64,000 nt of DNA from Euglena gracilis (lineage: Eukaryota), in NCBI GenBank assembly GCA_039621445.1, contig CP154954.1, positions 1,736,001 to 1,800,000 on the forward strand. The letters are read 5' to 3'. Under the pieces are notes generated by a model, which saw nothing but the letters and a program-made list of their open reading frames with translations, was not told where the DNA came from and did no database searches. Made by a program: the position numbers and the translations under genes. Shown here one piece after another: positions 11,068 to 38,440 of the stretch. Numbering within the stretch: position 1 is the stretch's first letter; every line of letters starts with the position of its first letter.

Positions 11068-14000
11068 TTAATTTTTAAAACCAGTACCTGCGGGAATAAT
11101 ATTTCCTAAAACTAAATTTTCTTTTAACCCAGATAACCAATCAGCTCTTCCTTGTAAAGCAGCTTTTGTTAAAACTCTAGTAGTTTCTTGAAAACTCGCT
11201 TGAGCTATAAAACTTTGACTAGATAGAGAAAAACGAGTCAATCCCATAATTATAGGCTCATAAACAATACTATTTACTAGTCTTTTATTTAATACCTCTA
11301 CTAAATTAAGATCTAAAAAATCCCCTACCATAAAGCTAGAATCACCTGGATTAGTAACAATCACTTTTGACGTTATTTGTTTAACAATAAGTTCAATATG
11401 TTTATCCGCTATTTTGACACCCTGAGATTTATAAACAGTCTGAACACCATCTATTAAATATTTTTGTATTACCTCAAAACTTTTTCGCGCAGCTACAAGA
11501 TTCTCATAATCATCTAAAAAAGTAAAAAAAGACTCCGTCAATATATCATGAGGGTTATTTATTATTTCTTTTAACGAAGAAGTCATTCGAGCTTCTAACA
11601 ATTTTTCTACTTTAGGCAATCCTTGAACTATATCATAAGTTTTTTCTCGGACAAAATTAACGCGATATAATAATTGGTTCTTTCTTATAAAAGGTTTATC
11701 TTCTATTCTCATCAATGTATCATCATTAGTCGAAAAAGGCATTACTTTTCGAAAAATCGAAAACTCTTTTTGTTCTTGTATTATTTGAGAAGAATGAAGA
11801 AGCTTAAAATTACTAATTATTTGACCCGTTTTAAGAAAACATCCAATTTTAAAATTACCAAAAATACGCTTTTGTTTTTTAAGATTTCGAAGCATTATAA
11901 CCTTATCTTGATCAAGTATACATGTAATAATATGTGAACTTCTTTTTTTTAAAACTTTCGATTTATCAACTAAACTATTAACGTTCCTAATGTTAATAAA
12001 TAATTTACCAAATTTACGAGGAAAAAGTTCTTTCTTCCTGTTAACAAATAATTCTTTTTTATGAACATTTGTAGTAGGACAAATTAATTTATTTTTAAAA
12101 GAAAATTTCTTTGTCAAATGAAAAAATAAAGAAGTAAAACTCATAATAATAGAACTTATTATCCAAAATATTTTTCCAAATTGCTTCGAATTAATTTGAG
12201 GGAAAAAGATTTGACCAGAAATTTTTGCCTTAACATCTCGAATTTCCTCAATACCAAAAACGTCATTTTTCAAGTTAGAATTTACAGATTCTCCTATTAT
12301 TTGCTTATCAAATATTTTTCTTCCTGGCTTAACATATAAAAGCGTACTAGAAGGTAAAAACATAATAGATTTACTAACGTCATTTTCGTAAATCACAATT
12401 TTTTTTTCTTGCAAAGTTAAAAAAGCTTTTTCCTTAAATTTATTATAAACTCTTCTTAACCCTGTAGTTAAAGTTGACCTATAAAAATCACTTTTACGAA
12501 GTCATACTTGATATATTATATCATACGACTACTCAATTATAATTGTGATTAATTTAATGGCTAATACTTCATATTTATTTTATAATTGCGATCTATAAAT
12601 TTAAATACTAATAATAAACATCCCCTAACCCCAAACTAATTTTAATCGTTCCTTCTATTTTAAAACATCGTTTTTTAGAACATGTTTTATCAAATAAAGT
12701 TTAAAATTATAAATTTTATTAGAAAAACCATTTATTCTCACTCTATTTACTAAAAAAATACGTAACAAAATATAAACAACATTTTGTTTATCTATTCTGC
12801 AAAATTGATTTCAATTATAAAAAAATAAACTTACAATATAAATCAATTTAAAAAACTTTAAGTTACTATCTATAACAAGTAATAAATATAAAAATTGTAA
12901 TACAATAACAAAGACAATTAGTCTAAAATAGAAAGTTTAATTCTGCCATTAAATATTGTAAAATTAAAAACGATACACACTTCAAATCGTACCATATTTT
13001 TCCATTTAAAGGAGATGTTATAACTTCTTTTGCCTTTGCAGAAAAAACACCACCCGTATGAAAAGTTCGCATTGTTAATTGCGTACCAGGCTCACCTATT
13101 GATTGAGCAGCTAAAATTCCTACACATTCACCAAGTTCTACCATTTTGCCACAGGCTAAATTCCAACCATAGCATATTTGGCATATGCCTTCCATTAATA
13201 CACAATTAAAAGGTGTACGAATATAAACCTCGGGAAAATTAATAATTTTTTAAACGTATAGACTGAAAGTTAATATTTAATAAAAATATTTCTCATTCGA
13301 AACCGAGCATGAAAATTCTTTTTCACTCGGCTACCTAAAAATCATAAACTTTTTATGATATTTAAGAAATATATCAGCATATGCCGGTGATTACACCTAC
13401 TACTTTTCATAGAGTATTTTAAACGTTTTTATAACATCGTTCAGACCTTTTGCTTCATATTCCATCCTTATAAATAAAAATTCAATTCGTTTATACCATA
13501 ACTACTATACATAAAAGGTATGTTTTAAAATGGCTCCTAATATAACTCCCCCTTAATTTTCAATAACAAAGTGTAATAAAATATTATAAAAAAAGTTGAA
13601 GCTTTTTAGTTTCTTAATTTTCTGTAAACCATATAAAATTACTATTTCAAATACTTTTAATACTTTGAAATTTTAATCCTGTTTTTTTATTCTAATAAAA
13701 AGGAAATTATGTTTAATAACAATGATCTGTATATTATTAGAATTTCGCTAATTTTAAAGTATAATAATCTTAGATAAAAATTAATATAAAAGAATTTGCC
13801 ACATTCCTTAAATTTTAAAATTTTTGTAGCTCGAACCACACATTACAAATATCTTGACCAGCACTAACTAAAATATCACCTGTTTTGGCATTAACAATAG
13901 TTTTTGCTAATACTCTACCAATTAATTTTTCCTTCAAAAACTTTAGTTCTTCTTTATCTTGGTTTTGTAGTAATACGCACGTATTATATTTTGTAAAACA

Positions 14001-14654
14001 ATCCGACCTTTTTACAATTAAGTTTTGTGCTGTATAAATCATTCGTCTAGTTAAATACCCAGCATTAGCTGTTTTTAAAGCAGTATCAATTAAGCCTTTT
14101 CTAGCACCGTAACAAGAAACAAAATATTCAGTAATATTTAAACCTTCTTTAAAATTAGTTTTTATTGGAAAAGGAATTACATTACCCTGAGAATCGGACA
14201 TTAGTCCTCGCATACCTATCAATTGTTTCACCTGTGTAATACTACCCCTTGCACCTGACAAAGTCATAGAATACAAAGGATTCAAAAAGTCGGATTGTCT
14301 CAAATTATTAATAGATTCTTTCTTCAAATTTTCATTAACGACATTCCAAATATCCCTTTCTTCATCCAAAACATTAATGAAATTTATCATACCATTTTTA
14401 TATCGATTTCTCGTTTTAAATAAAATTTTTTCAGAACTTTTAACCAAATTTGCTTTTGAAGAAGGAATTTTAAGATCTCCAAGTCCTAATGATAATCCAG
14501 TGGTTGTTGCATAGGTAAAACCAAAATTTTTCATTTTATCCAATAACTCTTTTGTTCGGATACTACCATAATTTGACAAAAACCAGCTAATTAAATTTCT
14601 AATTTCATTTTTATCAAAAACTCTATTAAAACATACTATATTTCCGAAATTCAT
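11068..14654 (-). CDS. rpoC2: RNA polymerase beta'' subunit, 3 exons (approx. 14654-13842, 13257-12981, 12466-11068), two group II introns
   Basis: Motifs [66 protein letters not shown]; introns start GTGTG. Confidence 0.96.
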
Positions 14655-14744
14655 AATTAAAATAATAATTTAACAAACTTATTGAAATAAATCAATAAAA
14701 TAATAAACTTTAAAACTACTTAGCTCATACAAAAATTAAAGTAT

Positions 14745-24187
<9,443 letters not shown>

Positions 24188-24271
24188 AAATACAAAAATA
24201 AATAAAAATAAGTATCAGGTCTTAATTGACCATAAAAACTTCATAAAAAAAAAAATAACTCAAAAATTTAA

Positions 24272-27200
24272 CTAATCGAATTTTTTATAATTATTTGTAA
24301 AAATTTTAATATCAATACATAAAGATTGCATTTCTAAAATAAATAACTTGAAAGCTTCGGGAATATTTGGCTTAGAAAAATAAGTACCATTTATTAAACT
24401 AAATAACGCTTCTGATCTATTTAATACATCATCAGATTTAATAGTTAATAACTCCTGCAACAAATATGCAGCACCAAATCCTTCTATAGCCCAAACCTCC
24501 ATTTCCCCAAACCTTTGTCCACCATTTTTCGATTTTCCACGTAAAGGTTGTTGAGTTACTGAAGAATAAGGGCCGGTAACTCTCGCATGAATTTTGTCTT
24601 TAACCATATGTATTAATTTTAAAATATACGCATAACCAAAAGCTACAGGGTGATCAAAAGGCCTACAATTTCTACCATCATATAAAAAGGCTTTTCCTGG
24701 ATAATTTGGATTAAAAAGCCAATCTTTTTTAGTTCTTTTACGCGCTTCATTTAATTTTTTATACACAAAAGATTTTGAATTCATACTTGTTTGGACTTCA
24801 TCAAAAGGTTGAATTTTATACCTTTCTTTCAAAAATAAAGAAGACAAGTTTAACAAACTTTCAAAGACTTGACCAACATTCATTCTAGATGGTATGCCTA
24901 GAGGATTTAAAATCATATCAACAGGTGTACCATCAGGAAGAAAAGGCATATCTATAGACGGAACAATTTTCGAAATTATACCTTTATTACCATGCCGTCC
25001 TGCAATTTTATCACCTATTTGTATTCTGCGTTTTTCGGCAACATGAATAAGAACAGAACAATTCGACTTTTTACATAAAATCTCAACACTTGTAACAATA
25101 CCTACCAAAGAGCGAGGAGAACGTAAAGAAACGTCTTTTCGTACCTTATTGCCAAAAAATGCTATTAACATTTTATTTTTTGGCGTATTTTTTAACTTAA
25201 CTTTAATTCTTCCAATTAAAACATCCTGTGCTTTAATCTCTGAACCTATTTTAATAATACCATTATTTTTCAAGTTTTTAATAGTTTTTAAACTTGCATT
25301 AGGAATAAACATACTAATATTTTCTTAAAACTTAACAAATTAATATTCGTTTTCAAACTAAACATCTAAACTAATAATAGATTTAGCTTTATTAAATAAA
25401 ATAAACATTTTTCATTTAAATCAAAAAATTTTAATTGAATTTAATTTTTCATTAATAATGAAATATGAAAAAAAGCTAAATATAAATTTTTGAAAAAGTT
25501 ATAAAAAAATTAATAATTTTAAAAACAAATAAAAGTTATAATTAAATATCTCTAAATAATATTTATACCAAAATTTACGAAAAATAAAATTAAGAATTAA
25601 ATTTTCAAAATTAACTAAATTTAAATTCGCACACCTTTTTTTCATCATTTACAATAAAAGTTTTAAATTTTTTCATATGTATAGAAGTAAAAATATCTTC
25701 AAAAACAAGCCTTTCACTAATAATTACGGCATCTTCAAAATTATAACCTTCCCATCCAAGGTACGCGACCAAAACATTTTTTCCTAAACAAATGCCACCT
25801 CTTAATGTACTCATACCATCAGCTATAATTTGTCCTTTTCTAACCCACTCACCTTCATGAACAATAGGAATTTTCTGAATATAAACACCGTGATTCGATT
25901 TCTTAGGAGACTCTAAAAAATAAATTTTTTGGTTAACTTTTTTAATAAGTTTAAAATTTTTTTGAGATATTTCATTTAAGCACCCCAATAAATTAAAAAA
26001 AGAATAATTTTTATTAAAAAATTCAATATTAGCACAATATTCTTCCTCTTGAATAACTATTTTTTTTAAACTAGAATAAATTACTTTTCCACTACTTTTT
26101 GCTAAAACCGTGGCATCACTTTCTCGATTAATTAAAGCCTCGCGTCCAGTTTTTATAAAAGGAACTTCCTTTTCCAATAAAATAAGAGATTGTCGTTGCA
26201 TGTTTGAACCCATAAGAACCCTATTAGCATCGTTATGCTCCAAAAAAGGAACTAAGCCTGTACCTAATGAAGTAAATTGATCTGTTGAAATACTTATAAA
26301 ATCAATATTTTTTGAGAAAGAATATGAAAAAATTTTACTTCTTTTAACACCTAGAAGCTTATTTTTATCTAAAAGATTACTTTGAGAACTTCTAAAGACA
26401 TCAAACGGAGCTACTGTAAAATATTTTTCCTGCGCAGAAGAAATAAAATAAATTCCTTTATTGGTTTCTATCTTTCCTCTCAAAACCTTATAAAAAGGGC
26501 TTTCTAAAAATCCATACTTATCAACTCTTACATCTTTTGCTAAAGATAAAATCAAACCAGCATTTTTTCCCTCACTTGTCTCAATAGGACAAACCCTTCC
26601 ATATTGACTAGTATTTATTTCTCTTACATCTAACTTTGTTCTTTCTTTATTAAGACCATTAGGACCAAAGGGACTTAACTTCCTTTTATGTGTAAGCTCA
26701 GACAAAGAATTTGTATCATCTAACAATTGAGAAAGTGGATTAACAGAAAAAAACTTTCGAATACGATTAGTTATAAAGTAAGAATTAAAAAATCTAGATA
26801 ATCTAAAAGTTTTTTCAGAAGGATTTTTATAAAGAAATATCAATTTTTCTTTTAAACTAGATTCTAATTCATTTAAAATAATTCGGAATTGACTTTGAAG
26901 AAGTTCACCTATACTACGTACTAATTTGTTTTTTAAATCATCGATCTCATCAAAAGGTATCATTAATAAAATATTGCTAAAAAATTTTTATAATAAATAA
27001 AAATTTTAATAAATTTAAATAAACAAACAAATAAAGATACTATTATTCTTCATTATTTCCCAACCTTTCTTTAACTCAATCAAATAATGAGCTATACCCA
27101 AAACATCTTCGGGTTGCAAAGTTCTATTACTTTGAAAAAATTCGGATCTATAAATTTTAGTATTAACCCTAAAGCGACCTACTTCACCCAAATCATATTT

Positions 27201-28518
27201 ACGTGTTTAATCTCGGCTAATAATGCTGGCATAAAATAATAAATCAAAAAATTTTAAAATAATCTATAAAAAAATTTAACTTTTGTAAATTACAAAAAAT
27301 ACACGAATAAACTCAAGATCCATAAACTTTGAACGTAAAAATTTTCGGGCATTTCCTTTCAGATAAAAAAACATCTGAAAAAATAAAAAAAATATTAATA
27401 TCTTATTAACTAAAAAAATAATATAAAATAATAAAATCAAACATATAAAAATCTCAAAAAACGAACATTAACTTCGTTTGGAAAAAATATTTTATAAAAT
27501 TCGAAAAATTCCAATCTAATACCATAAGACTCACTTTCTTGTAACGTTTCTATAAAAATAGGATCGTTAAGATACAAAAAAAATTTTTTTCGGGATAGGC
27601 CTAAGCATTTCAAAAAATTTATTAAAGGTATAGCTGTCTTTATTTTGTCTACTTTAACGAAAATTCCCTCGTCTTGACCCAAATATAAAAAATTTTCAAT
27701 TTTAAAAAAGAATTTAATTTAATGTAAAAATATAATTTAAAAATCCAAATTACTAAATAACATTTAAAAACGCACATCAATTTTAAAAGTTAACCAACTA
27801 CCAAAAGTTGGTATTAACGTCGCAAATATGGAATCATTATAACGATTTTTTTCAAAATAAACGCCAGGACTACGAATAATTTGGTTAAAAATGAATTAAA
27901 AAAACTCAAACCTAAAAATTAAAAAAAAATTAACTTATAAATATAATTAATAAAAAATTAAAAGTAATAATATAAACCACATCCATAATTCTTTTATTAC
28001 CGTTAAAAATAAACGTACCTTTTTCAGTCATTAAAGGAATTTTTGCAAATAATATATAATTATTTAATAAGATAATAAATTCTTTTTTGCTAAAAAAAAA
28101 CTTATTATTATAATGAAAAATATATTATAAAATTAATAGGAAAAATAATAAAAATCTCTCCTAACAAGGAACATATTATTATAGGTAACTTCAACAGGTA
28201 TATGAACAGATAAACTGTATGTTTCCCCGTTTTTCAATGCAAATTCAGCAGATATTTTAGGCTTTTTATATTTCACATTATCTGTTTGAAAGCTTATCCT
28301 AAAGCCTTCATGAGCTATATCTTTTATTTTTCTTAACTCTTCTACCAAACCCTTTTTTAAAAAGGAGCGAAAACTATTTCGTTGTATCATCAGTAAAATT
28401 TTTATCTAACATAAACATACCAAAAAAATTATTTATTTATTTGTAATAAATAAAACCAAAGTTAAGAATTAATTCACAAATCTAATAAATTAGAGCGTAC
28501 TCTACAACCATTTACCAT
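24272..28518 (-). CDS. rpoB: RNA polymerase beta subunit with 8 introns (seven ~90-110 nt group III, one ~310 nt at approx. 25327-25633)
   Basis: Motifs CPIETSEGKNAGL, HNDANRVLMGSNMQRQ, GDKIAGRHGNKG, GQRFGEMEVWA; exon 1 MVNGCRVRSNLLD joins IQRNSF. Confidence 0.96.
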
Positions 28519-29784
28519 TTCTCACAAAGTTCAAACAGTCTGTTTCTTTGATTTGACATTAATAGTATAATGGATTTTTTAAAATTAATTTTAAATGCAT
28601 ATAAATTAACTAACCTTAATATTTAATAAAACAAAAAGTTCCCTTAAAAAAATAATGTTTTAAAACAATTACTTCGATGTTTATACAATTTTGCAGAAGT
28701 ACTATTTTTCGCATTATTTTCATGGCCAAAATTAATTAACCAAGAACGAGCTTTTTTAATCCTTTATTTTCAAAGGCTTTCTTACGGAAGTTTGCAACCA
28801 ACCTGTTAATGCTTACTTCTCTTTTAGTTTCATTACTCTCCATTATTAAAGACAAATTAGATGCTGAGTTAAATAAATAAATTTTCGAAAAAAATAAACG
28901 AACTCTTGTTAAATAATAGTTTTTTTATAACATAAATTTTGATATTACACTACATAAAACTATTAGTTTTTCAAAAAAGTTGAAAAAATTAAAATGGTAT
29001 TATATGAACAAATTGTTTTTATTAACTCAAAACTTTAAAAATTGAAAAATTTGCCTCTTTATTAAATTTGATACTAAAAAATTATTGTCTTGTTTTTTTC
29101 ATATCATAGGAGTTTTCTAAAAATTTAATAATTTATATTTTTTGTAAAAAAATTACTTGTTCTTACCATTTAATAAAAATTTGGCTTTTATTAAAAAAAT
29201 TTTTTCATTAAATATTATATTGAAATTTATAACGAAAACGATGCTCTAATTCTATATTTAGTTGATTAGATGGAAATTTGATAAAATTAGAACCATTTTT
29301 ACTAATATAAATAGGTCAAGTGTTACACATACAATAGAGAAAATAAACCATAAAAAATTAAAGTATTTTTAACAAAATTGACGTACAATTTTTGTCCTAA
29401 CTTGAAAAAATAACAATCTTCAATTCTTGTAATAGGAAAGTTTGGCAAATTTATGGTATTATAGTAAAATAACAAAGTTTAAACTAGCTCAATATTAGAA
29501 AAAATTTTAAGCAATAGTATAAATAATTATTAAATTGACAAAAAATCATAACCAAAAAAGTATTAGAGTTCAAATTTTTAAGAGTCACTTTTTCTTTATT
29601 CAAAGATTGTCTTAAAAATTTCTTTACAAAAAGTTCAAACATGATGTTTTTTTATTATTTAACTTGTTGAGAGAAAAATTTTTTATCAAAACTTTAAAGA
29701 TTTTAACTACTTTAACAAAGAAATCGACAAAATTCATAAAAATCAATCAAAAACATACTCAATATTAATAAATAAACTCGCGAT

Positions 29785-29899
29785 AAGGGCACTAAAAGCT
29801 TTTCCCAGAAAGCAACCTTCCAAGTATCCATTTACCCTTTATGTTTAACTTGCAAGTTCGAAATGTTTTAAGTGGATCCATAAAGACAAGAGCACCCTA
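29785..29899 (-). rRNA. rrn5: 5S rRNA
   Basis: Terminal helix AGGGTGCT/AGTGCCCT, conserved CGAAC, ~115 nt, directly downstream of the 23S 3' end. Confidence 0.88.
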
Positions 29900-29973
29900 A
29901 AATAAAAGTTCATTCAAGAAACTTTTAAATCTTAAAAAAGTGACAAGTAAAAATAAATGTTTTGTTTTCATAT

Positions 29974-30290
29974 AGGAAAAAATTTTCGGTCGGTTAGTAT
30001 ATCTCGGCTAAAATTGTTACCAATTGTACACCTAATACCTATCAAACGGTTCGTCTTACCGTGACCTATGAAGAGTACTTATCTTAAGGTGGGCTTCCTA
30101 CTTATATGCTTTCAGCAGTTATCCACTCCGCACTTGACTACCCAGCGTATTCTGTTGGCACAAAAACTGGTACATCAGTGGTGCGTCCTTCCCGGTCCTC
30201 TCGTACTAAGGAAAGCGCCTTTCAATACTCTAACGCTCACACCGGATATGGACCGAACTGTCTCTCGACGTTCTGAACCCAGCTCACGTA

Positions 30291-30325
<35 letters not shown>

Positions 30326-30342
30326 GTACTACCGCCCCAGGT

Positions 30343-30402
<60 letters not shown>

Positions 30403-30564
30403 CAGCCTGTTATCCCTAGAGTAACTTTTATCTGTTTACGACGGCCTTTCCATACAGCACCGTCGGGTCACTAAGACCGACTTTAGTCTCTGTTTGACTT
30501 ATAAGTCTCACAGTCAAGCTTTCTTATGCCTTTACACTCCACAACTAATTCCGTAATTTGTGAG
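29974..30564 (-). rRNA. rrn23: 23S rRNA, 3'-terminal ~590 nt fragment (chimerically truncated)
   Basis: Peptidyl-transferase region (GGATAACAGGCTGAT, GGCACCTCGATGTCGGCTC, GAGCTGGGTTCAGAACGTCG) and sarcin-ricin loop AGTACGAGAGGACC. Confidence 0.96.
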
Positions 30565-30991
30565 TTCACAAAAAGCACGCCAAAATTCAGAATCTAAATT
30601 ATATATTTTTCCTTTCTTTTTTCGTAAGGCCAAATAAGATTCTATTTGGTTTTTATTAAGAAAAGAACCTTTACCTTCAACGCTCTTTTCAAAGTTTAGA
30701 TTATCATATTCGGATAACATAACATTTTTTTTTTACTTAAATTCTTGCCTAAAAGTCGAATTTTGAATTTTAATTTAATTAAATTAAAGAATAAATGAGT
30801 GAATCGAAACCAAAAACGTTTAAATCAAACTGTCAGTTTCAATACACTAACTACACTATTTTATAGTTTAAGTAATAATATACTATAAAACAAACATAAT
30901 TTTAAACTATTAATAATTGAAAAAATTTTTATTATAAAAAATCTATCAACATAAATTAAAAACGTATAATTTAATAAAACAATAAATTAAA

Positions 30992-32817
30992 CTACTTTTT
31001 AAGTTGAGTGACCTGGAATCTAGCACGTGCTTTTTTTAAATTTAAAGTTAATTCAAATTTTCTCTTAATATCTTTATTCATTTCTAAAGCATGTTTAGAT
31101 GAATTATAAGAAATCTGTGCTTGTTCTACATTAATTTCGGAACCAAATTCTGCTTCATTGACTAATATAGTAACGTTATTGCTATTAATTAATGCAAAAC
31201 CTCCTGTTACAACCAAACTAGTCCAATCGGAAGAAGACTTTTGACGAACTAAGATTATACCTATATCTAATCCAGTCAATATTGGAATATTTAGATAGAA
31301 AAAAATTTATCATTAAAAATTAATAAATTAAGTTAATTTTTTCCCCAACAATACAGTACGGGAGATTTAAATCTCATACGGCATTTAACAAAAAATCTTT
31401 TAAAATTTGCTTAAAAATTGACTAAAACTAAATTGTGATAGAATCAAAAGTACTAAAAAAAAACAAAAATTTTGTAAATAATTTACATAAAAATACACAT
31501 TCCTTACCATTGCATACAAATTTAAAAATTTTTTAGATTCAAATATTATATCTTACAAATTATGTTTATCAAGTATTGTTTTTAAAAAAATTAAAACTAT
31601 TAAAAATTTTTTCTAAAACATGTAAAAACACTTTAAATAGTTATAAAATAACAGTTTAAATATATTCTTCTAAAACAAGACTTAAATATACATTTTCAAA
31701 ATAAACTATAAATTATATTAATCTTAAAATTTTAAATTTTTCTTATTTATAAAAAATAATTTATAAAAAAGTAAATTTTAAATTTTAGAAAATATTCAAA
31801 GCTACCACGCACAAACAAAATGTTAATGCAGAAAATAAAAATAATTAACTAATATGGTTAAAAGTAAAAGTAAAGTTAAATCTCAAACAAGCATTTATCA
31901 AAAAATTATAATTAATAAAATTAACAAACGTTTTAATAATGTGTCACACATGGTCTTTAAGAACCCCCATCTGACCACTTAAAGTAGGAAGAATAATTTC
32001 TTCAACTCGTTTTTCCCAAAAAACTCTTTCAGGAATAAGTAAAGTAGAAAATATAAATTCAATTTTGAAAATTTTATTCACAAACTAAACAAAAATTGTT
32101 GATTTATTTAGCTTTTCAACATACTATCGCAAAAAAGGTTAGGTTGTTTTATATTATATAAAACTCTAAAACAAGACTTATTAAAACTAAAATGTAAAAT
32201 TTTCTTTAGAATAAAAATTTATAGAAAATTAAATTAAAACCTATTCTCTTTGCTTTTATTGGTCTACTAAAATAATAAATAAATTTCAATTACCAAAAAA
32301 TAAAATAATTTTACTTTTCATACAGAAAAGTTTAAAAAAGAGAATAAAATCCCCAAAAACGAAAATTATTTAAAAAATTAACTTTTGAAAAATAAATACT
32401 CAAGAAAAAAGATTTAAACTAGAATTTAATGAAAAAAGAAATATATTAGCGAACTAAAATTTCTCTTAAAAAACTGTACAAGTAAAAAAAAACATACAGC
32501 TTAAACATTTAATTTTAAATAAAAATATGTCAAAAGTTTATTCTTTATTAAAAAAAAATCCAAAATAAAACCTATTTACGTTCTACTTGAAAAATTACTA
32601 AACTTATTAACAAATTATTGAAAATATTAAGATTAACCAATTAGATTAACCAATTTTTTAATTAATATGAATAGCCAAAAACATACAATTTAAGGAAAAT
32701 TTACTTAACTTAAAAAAAACACATAAATAAAATTTTATTTCTTATCTTTTATTTTAACTTATACCTAATAAACTAAAAGCAACTTCGTAACGTACTAATT
32801 GATACATCTAATGTCAT
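30992..32817 (-). CDS. atpE: ATP synthase CF1 epsilon subunit (inverted copy, 2 introns)
   Basis: Reverse complement of 49275-51100. Confidence 0.93.
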
Positions 32818-32967
32818 TGTAAAAAAATTATAATTTTTCGTAGTCAAACTAAAAAAACAAAGTGGAAACATTATGTTTACTCAACAAAGCATAACTTAAT
32901 AAATATTAATAAAAGCTTTTTAAGTAAGATATAGTTAAAAATTATTTACAATACGTCAATAATAATT

Positions 32968-36016
<3,049 letters not shown>

Positions 36017-36083
36017 TAAACAAGGCTCAAGGGTTCCTTATAATTAAGAAATACATCGTAAAAATCATAAACACAAAGAATTT

Positions 36084-38175
36084 TTATAAAGGTCCAGAAA
36101 TGCCTTGTTTACGTATCATTAAAAAATGTCCTAACATAAAAGTAGCTGTTAACAAAGGTAAAACAAATGTATGTAAACTATAAAAACGAGTTAAAGTAGA
36201 CTGTCCCACACTAACACTTCCTCTCAATAACTCAACAATAAAATTTCCAATTAATGGAATAGCTTCGGGAACACCTGTTACAATTTTAACTGCCCAATAA
36301 CCAACTTGATCCCAAGGTAAAGAATAACCTGTAACACCAAAAGAAACAGTTAAAATTGCCAAAATTATACCCGTAACCCAAGTTAACTCTCTAGGTTTTT
36401 TAAACCCACCAGTTAAATAAACTCGGCAAACATGTAATATCATCATTAAAACCATCATACTAGCGGACCAACGATGAATTGAACGAATAAGCCACCCGAA
36501 ATTAACTTCATTCATAATATATTTAACAGAAAGAAAAGCTTCTGTAACAGTTGGACGATAATAAAAAGTCATTGCAAAACCAGTAGCTACTTGAATAATA
36601 AAACAAGTAAATGTTATGCCACCAAGACAATAAAAAATGTTTACGTGAGGAGGAACATATTTACTGCAAAAACTAGTCATTTAAAAAATGATTGTTTTCC
36701 AACCCTACAAGATTGAAAAATAACTAATCAAATAATCAAAAGGCTTTTTATAAAAAAATTATTATTAAAAAATAGTTTTATCGATCTTTTATATAAACTT
36801 TTAAAAAGTCTCTGAATTATAAAAAATTTATTTAGTATTATAAAAACAACAAATATAAATACATTCAATAAATATTTAAAAAAATAAAAATAACATTAAA
36901 TAATTAAAAAACATATATATTTTAAACAATTTAGAACTTTTTAAACTACTAATATTTTATCATAAACATTTTACTAACCAACAAATCTATAAAATTTCAA
37001 ATAAAAAAGTATCTATAATTTAAAACATAAAAAATTTTATAAAACAAATTAAAATGTAAAAAAAAATTTATTAATAAAAACAATTAATTATCTTAAAATT
37101 AAGACTAAATATTTATAAACTAAAGCATTTATTCATTAAGATTTTTGTAAATAAATAATCATAATCTAGAATTGAAAAATAATAATACAAACCAAATCGC
37201 ACTAACATCGTCAGCAATCGCTTGAATCTCCAATCTTTCCTCGTACAGGTAAGCAAGCTCCCTTAAAAACAAAACAAGATATAGATAATCATTTTGCTTT
37301 ATAATTCTTAAAAACGAATACCAGTTAAAATTCCATATTAACAAATACAACAAATCGCAATTAAAATAAGAATTTTATTGAATTTTTTCCTACCTTAATA
37401 AAACCGTTTAATAGAATCCTAAATATTATTTTTTAATTTTGTAAAAATATAAAAGAAATGATATTCAAATTATTATATCTTAAAAAATTAATTCAGAGAA
37501 GCTACAACTTAGAAAAACACAACTACAATTATTTAAAATGAATTAAAGTATAACTTTATTATAATACTTTATTCGCAAACTGAAAAAATATTACTACATA
37601 TACACAGCTTTTGTCAAAACTAAAATTATCTAAAATTAGATAAGCGATCTTTATAACTCGTAACAAAAATAAAAATTTTTATTTTCTTTTGAAACTTACA
37701 GGTAATTTTAAATATTGATTCTTTTAAGAAATAACATTTAATTTAATAAAAATTAAAATATATAAAAAATATTATGTATTTCCAATTATTTTTAATCAAT
37801 ATTTAAACTTAGATTAAAATAGTACTTAGAAATTTTTATTAAATTTTTGATTCAAATTATAATATCCTAAAACAAAAACATAAAACTTTAAGTTAACCCT
37901 TTTTTCAAAAAAAAAATAGTAAAAATTATACTGTAACAAACAAAGTTTTTTCCATTACCGAAAAAGTTTAACAAGCAAAAAATTTGCTATTTAACATACA
38001 AATGCTAAATTACGGAGCAATAAAATAATTAAAATTTTATAAATAACTTTCTAAATTTATATGAAATTAGGCTTCAAACTATCAAATAGCTAAAAAACGC
38101 TAAGTAAAAATCTTCAGGAATTATAACCTAATATGCTAAATTCGGTCCGCACAACCAATCGTAAACTCGACTCAT
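36084..38175 (-). CDS. petB: cytochrome b6 (inverted copy, intact frame, 2 introns)
   Basis: MSRVYDWF / [13 protein letters not shown] / [17 protein letters not shown]...[10 protein letters not shown]. Confidence 0.96.
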
Positions 38176-38440
38176 AAAAAGAGAAACTTATCAAACAAGA
38201 ATTAAAATTTCAAGTATGCATTATAAAGATAAAAGAATTCATTATACCTAACTTCATGCAATATAAATACACAAAAAATTTTATATTAAAAACTTAAAAT
38301 TCTCAAATATACGAATATAAATAAAACACATTAAATCAAAACCAACAATTTTCGAATTGGAATAAAAATTCTTTAATTTTAAAAAGTCAGCCAAAAATAA
38401 TATACTAAAATAAAAGTAATATAAATTTTTATTTAAAATA

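Noticed and set aside
28553-28571. TTGACA...TATAAT promoter-like pair upstream of rpoB
   Set aside because: The spacer is only 7 nt and it is on the strand opposite to rpoB.
28736-28843. 35-codon minus-strand ORF (MESNETKREV...) between 5S rRNA and rpoB
   Set aside because: Too short, no recognisable homology, and extendable only by assuming a frameshift.
30068-30424. 118-aa and 64-aa ORFs
   Set aside because: They lie entirely within the 23S rRNA sequence; familiar spurious rRNA-derived ORFs.
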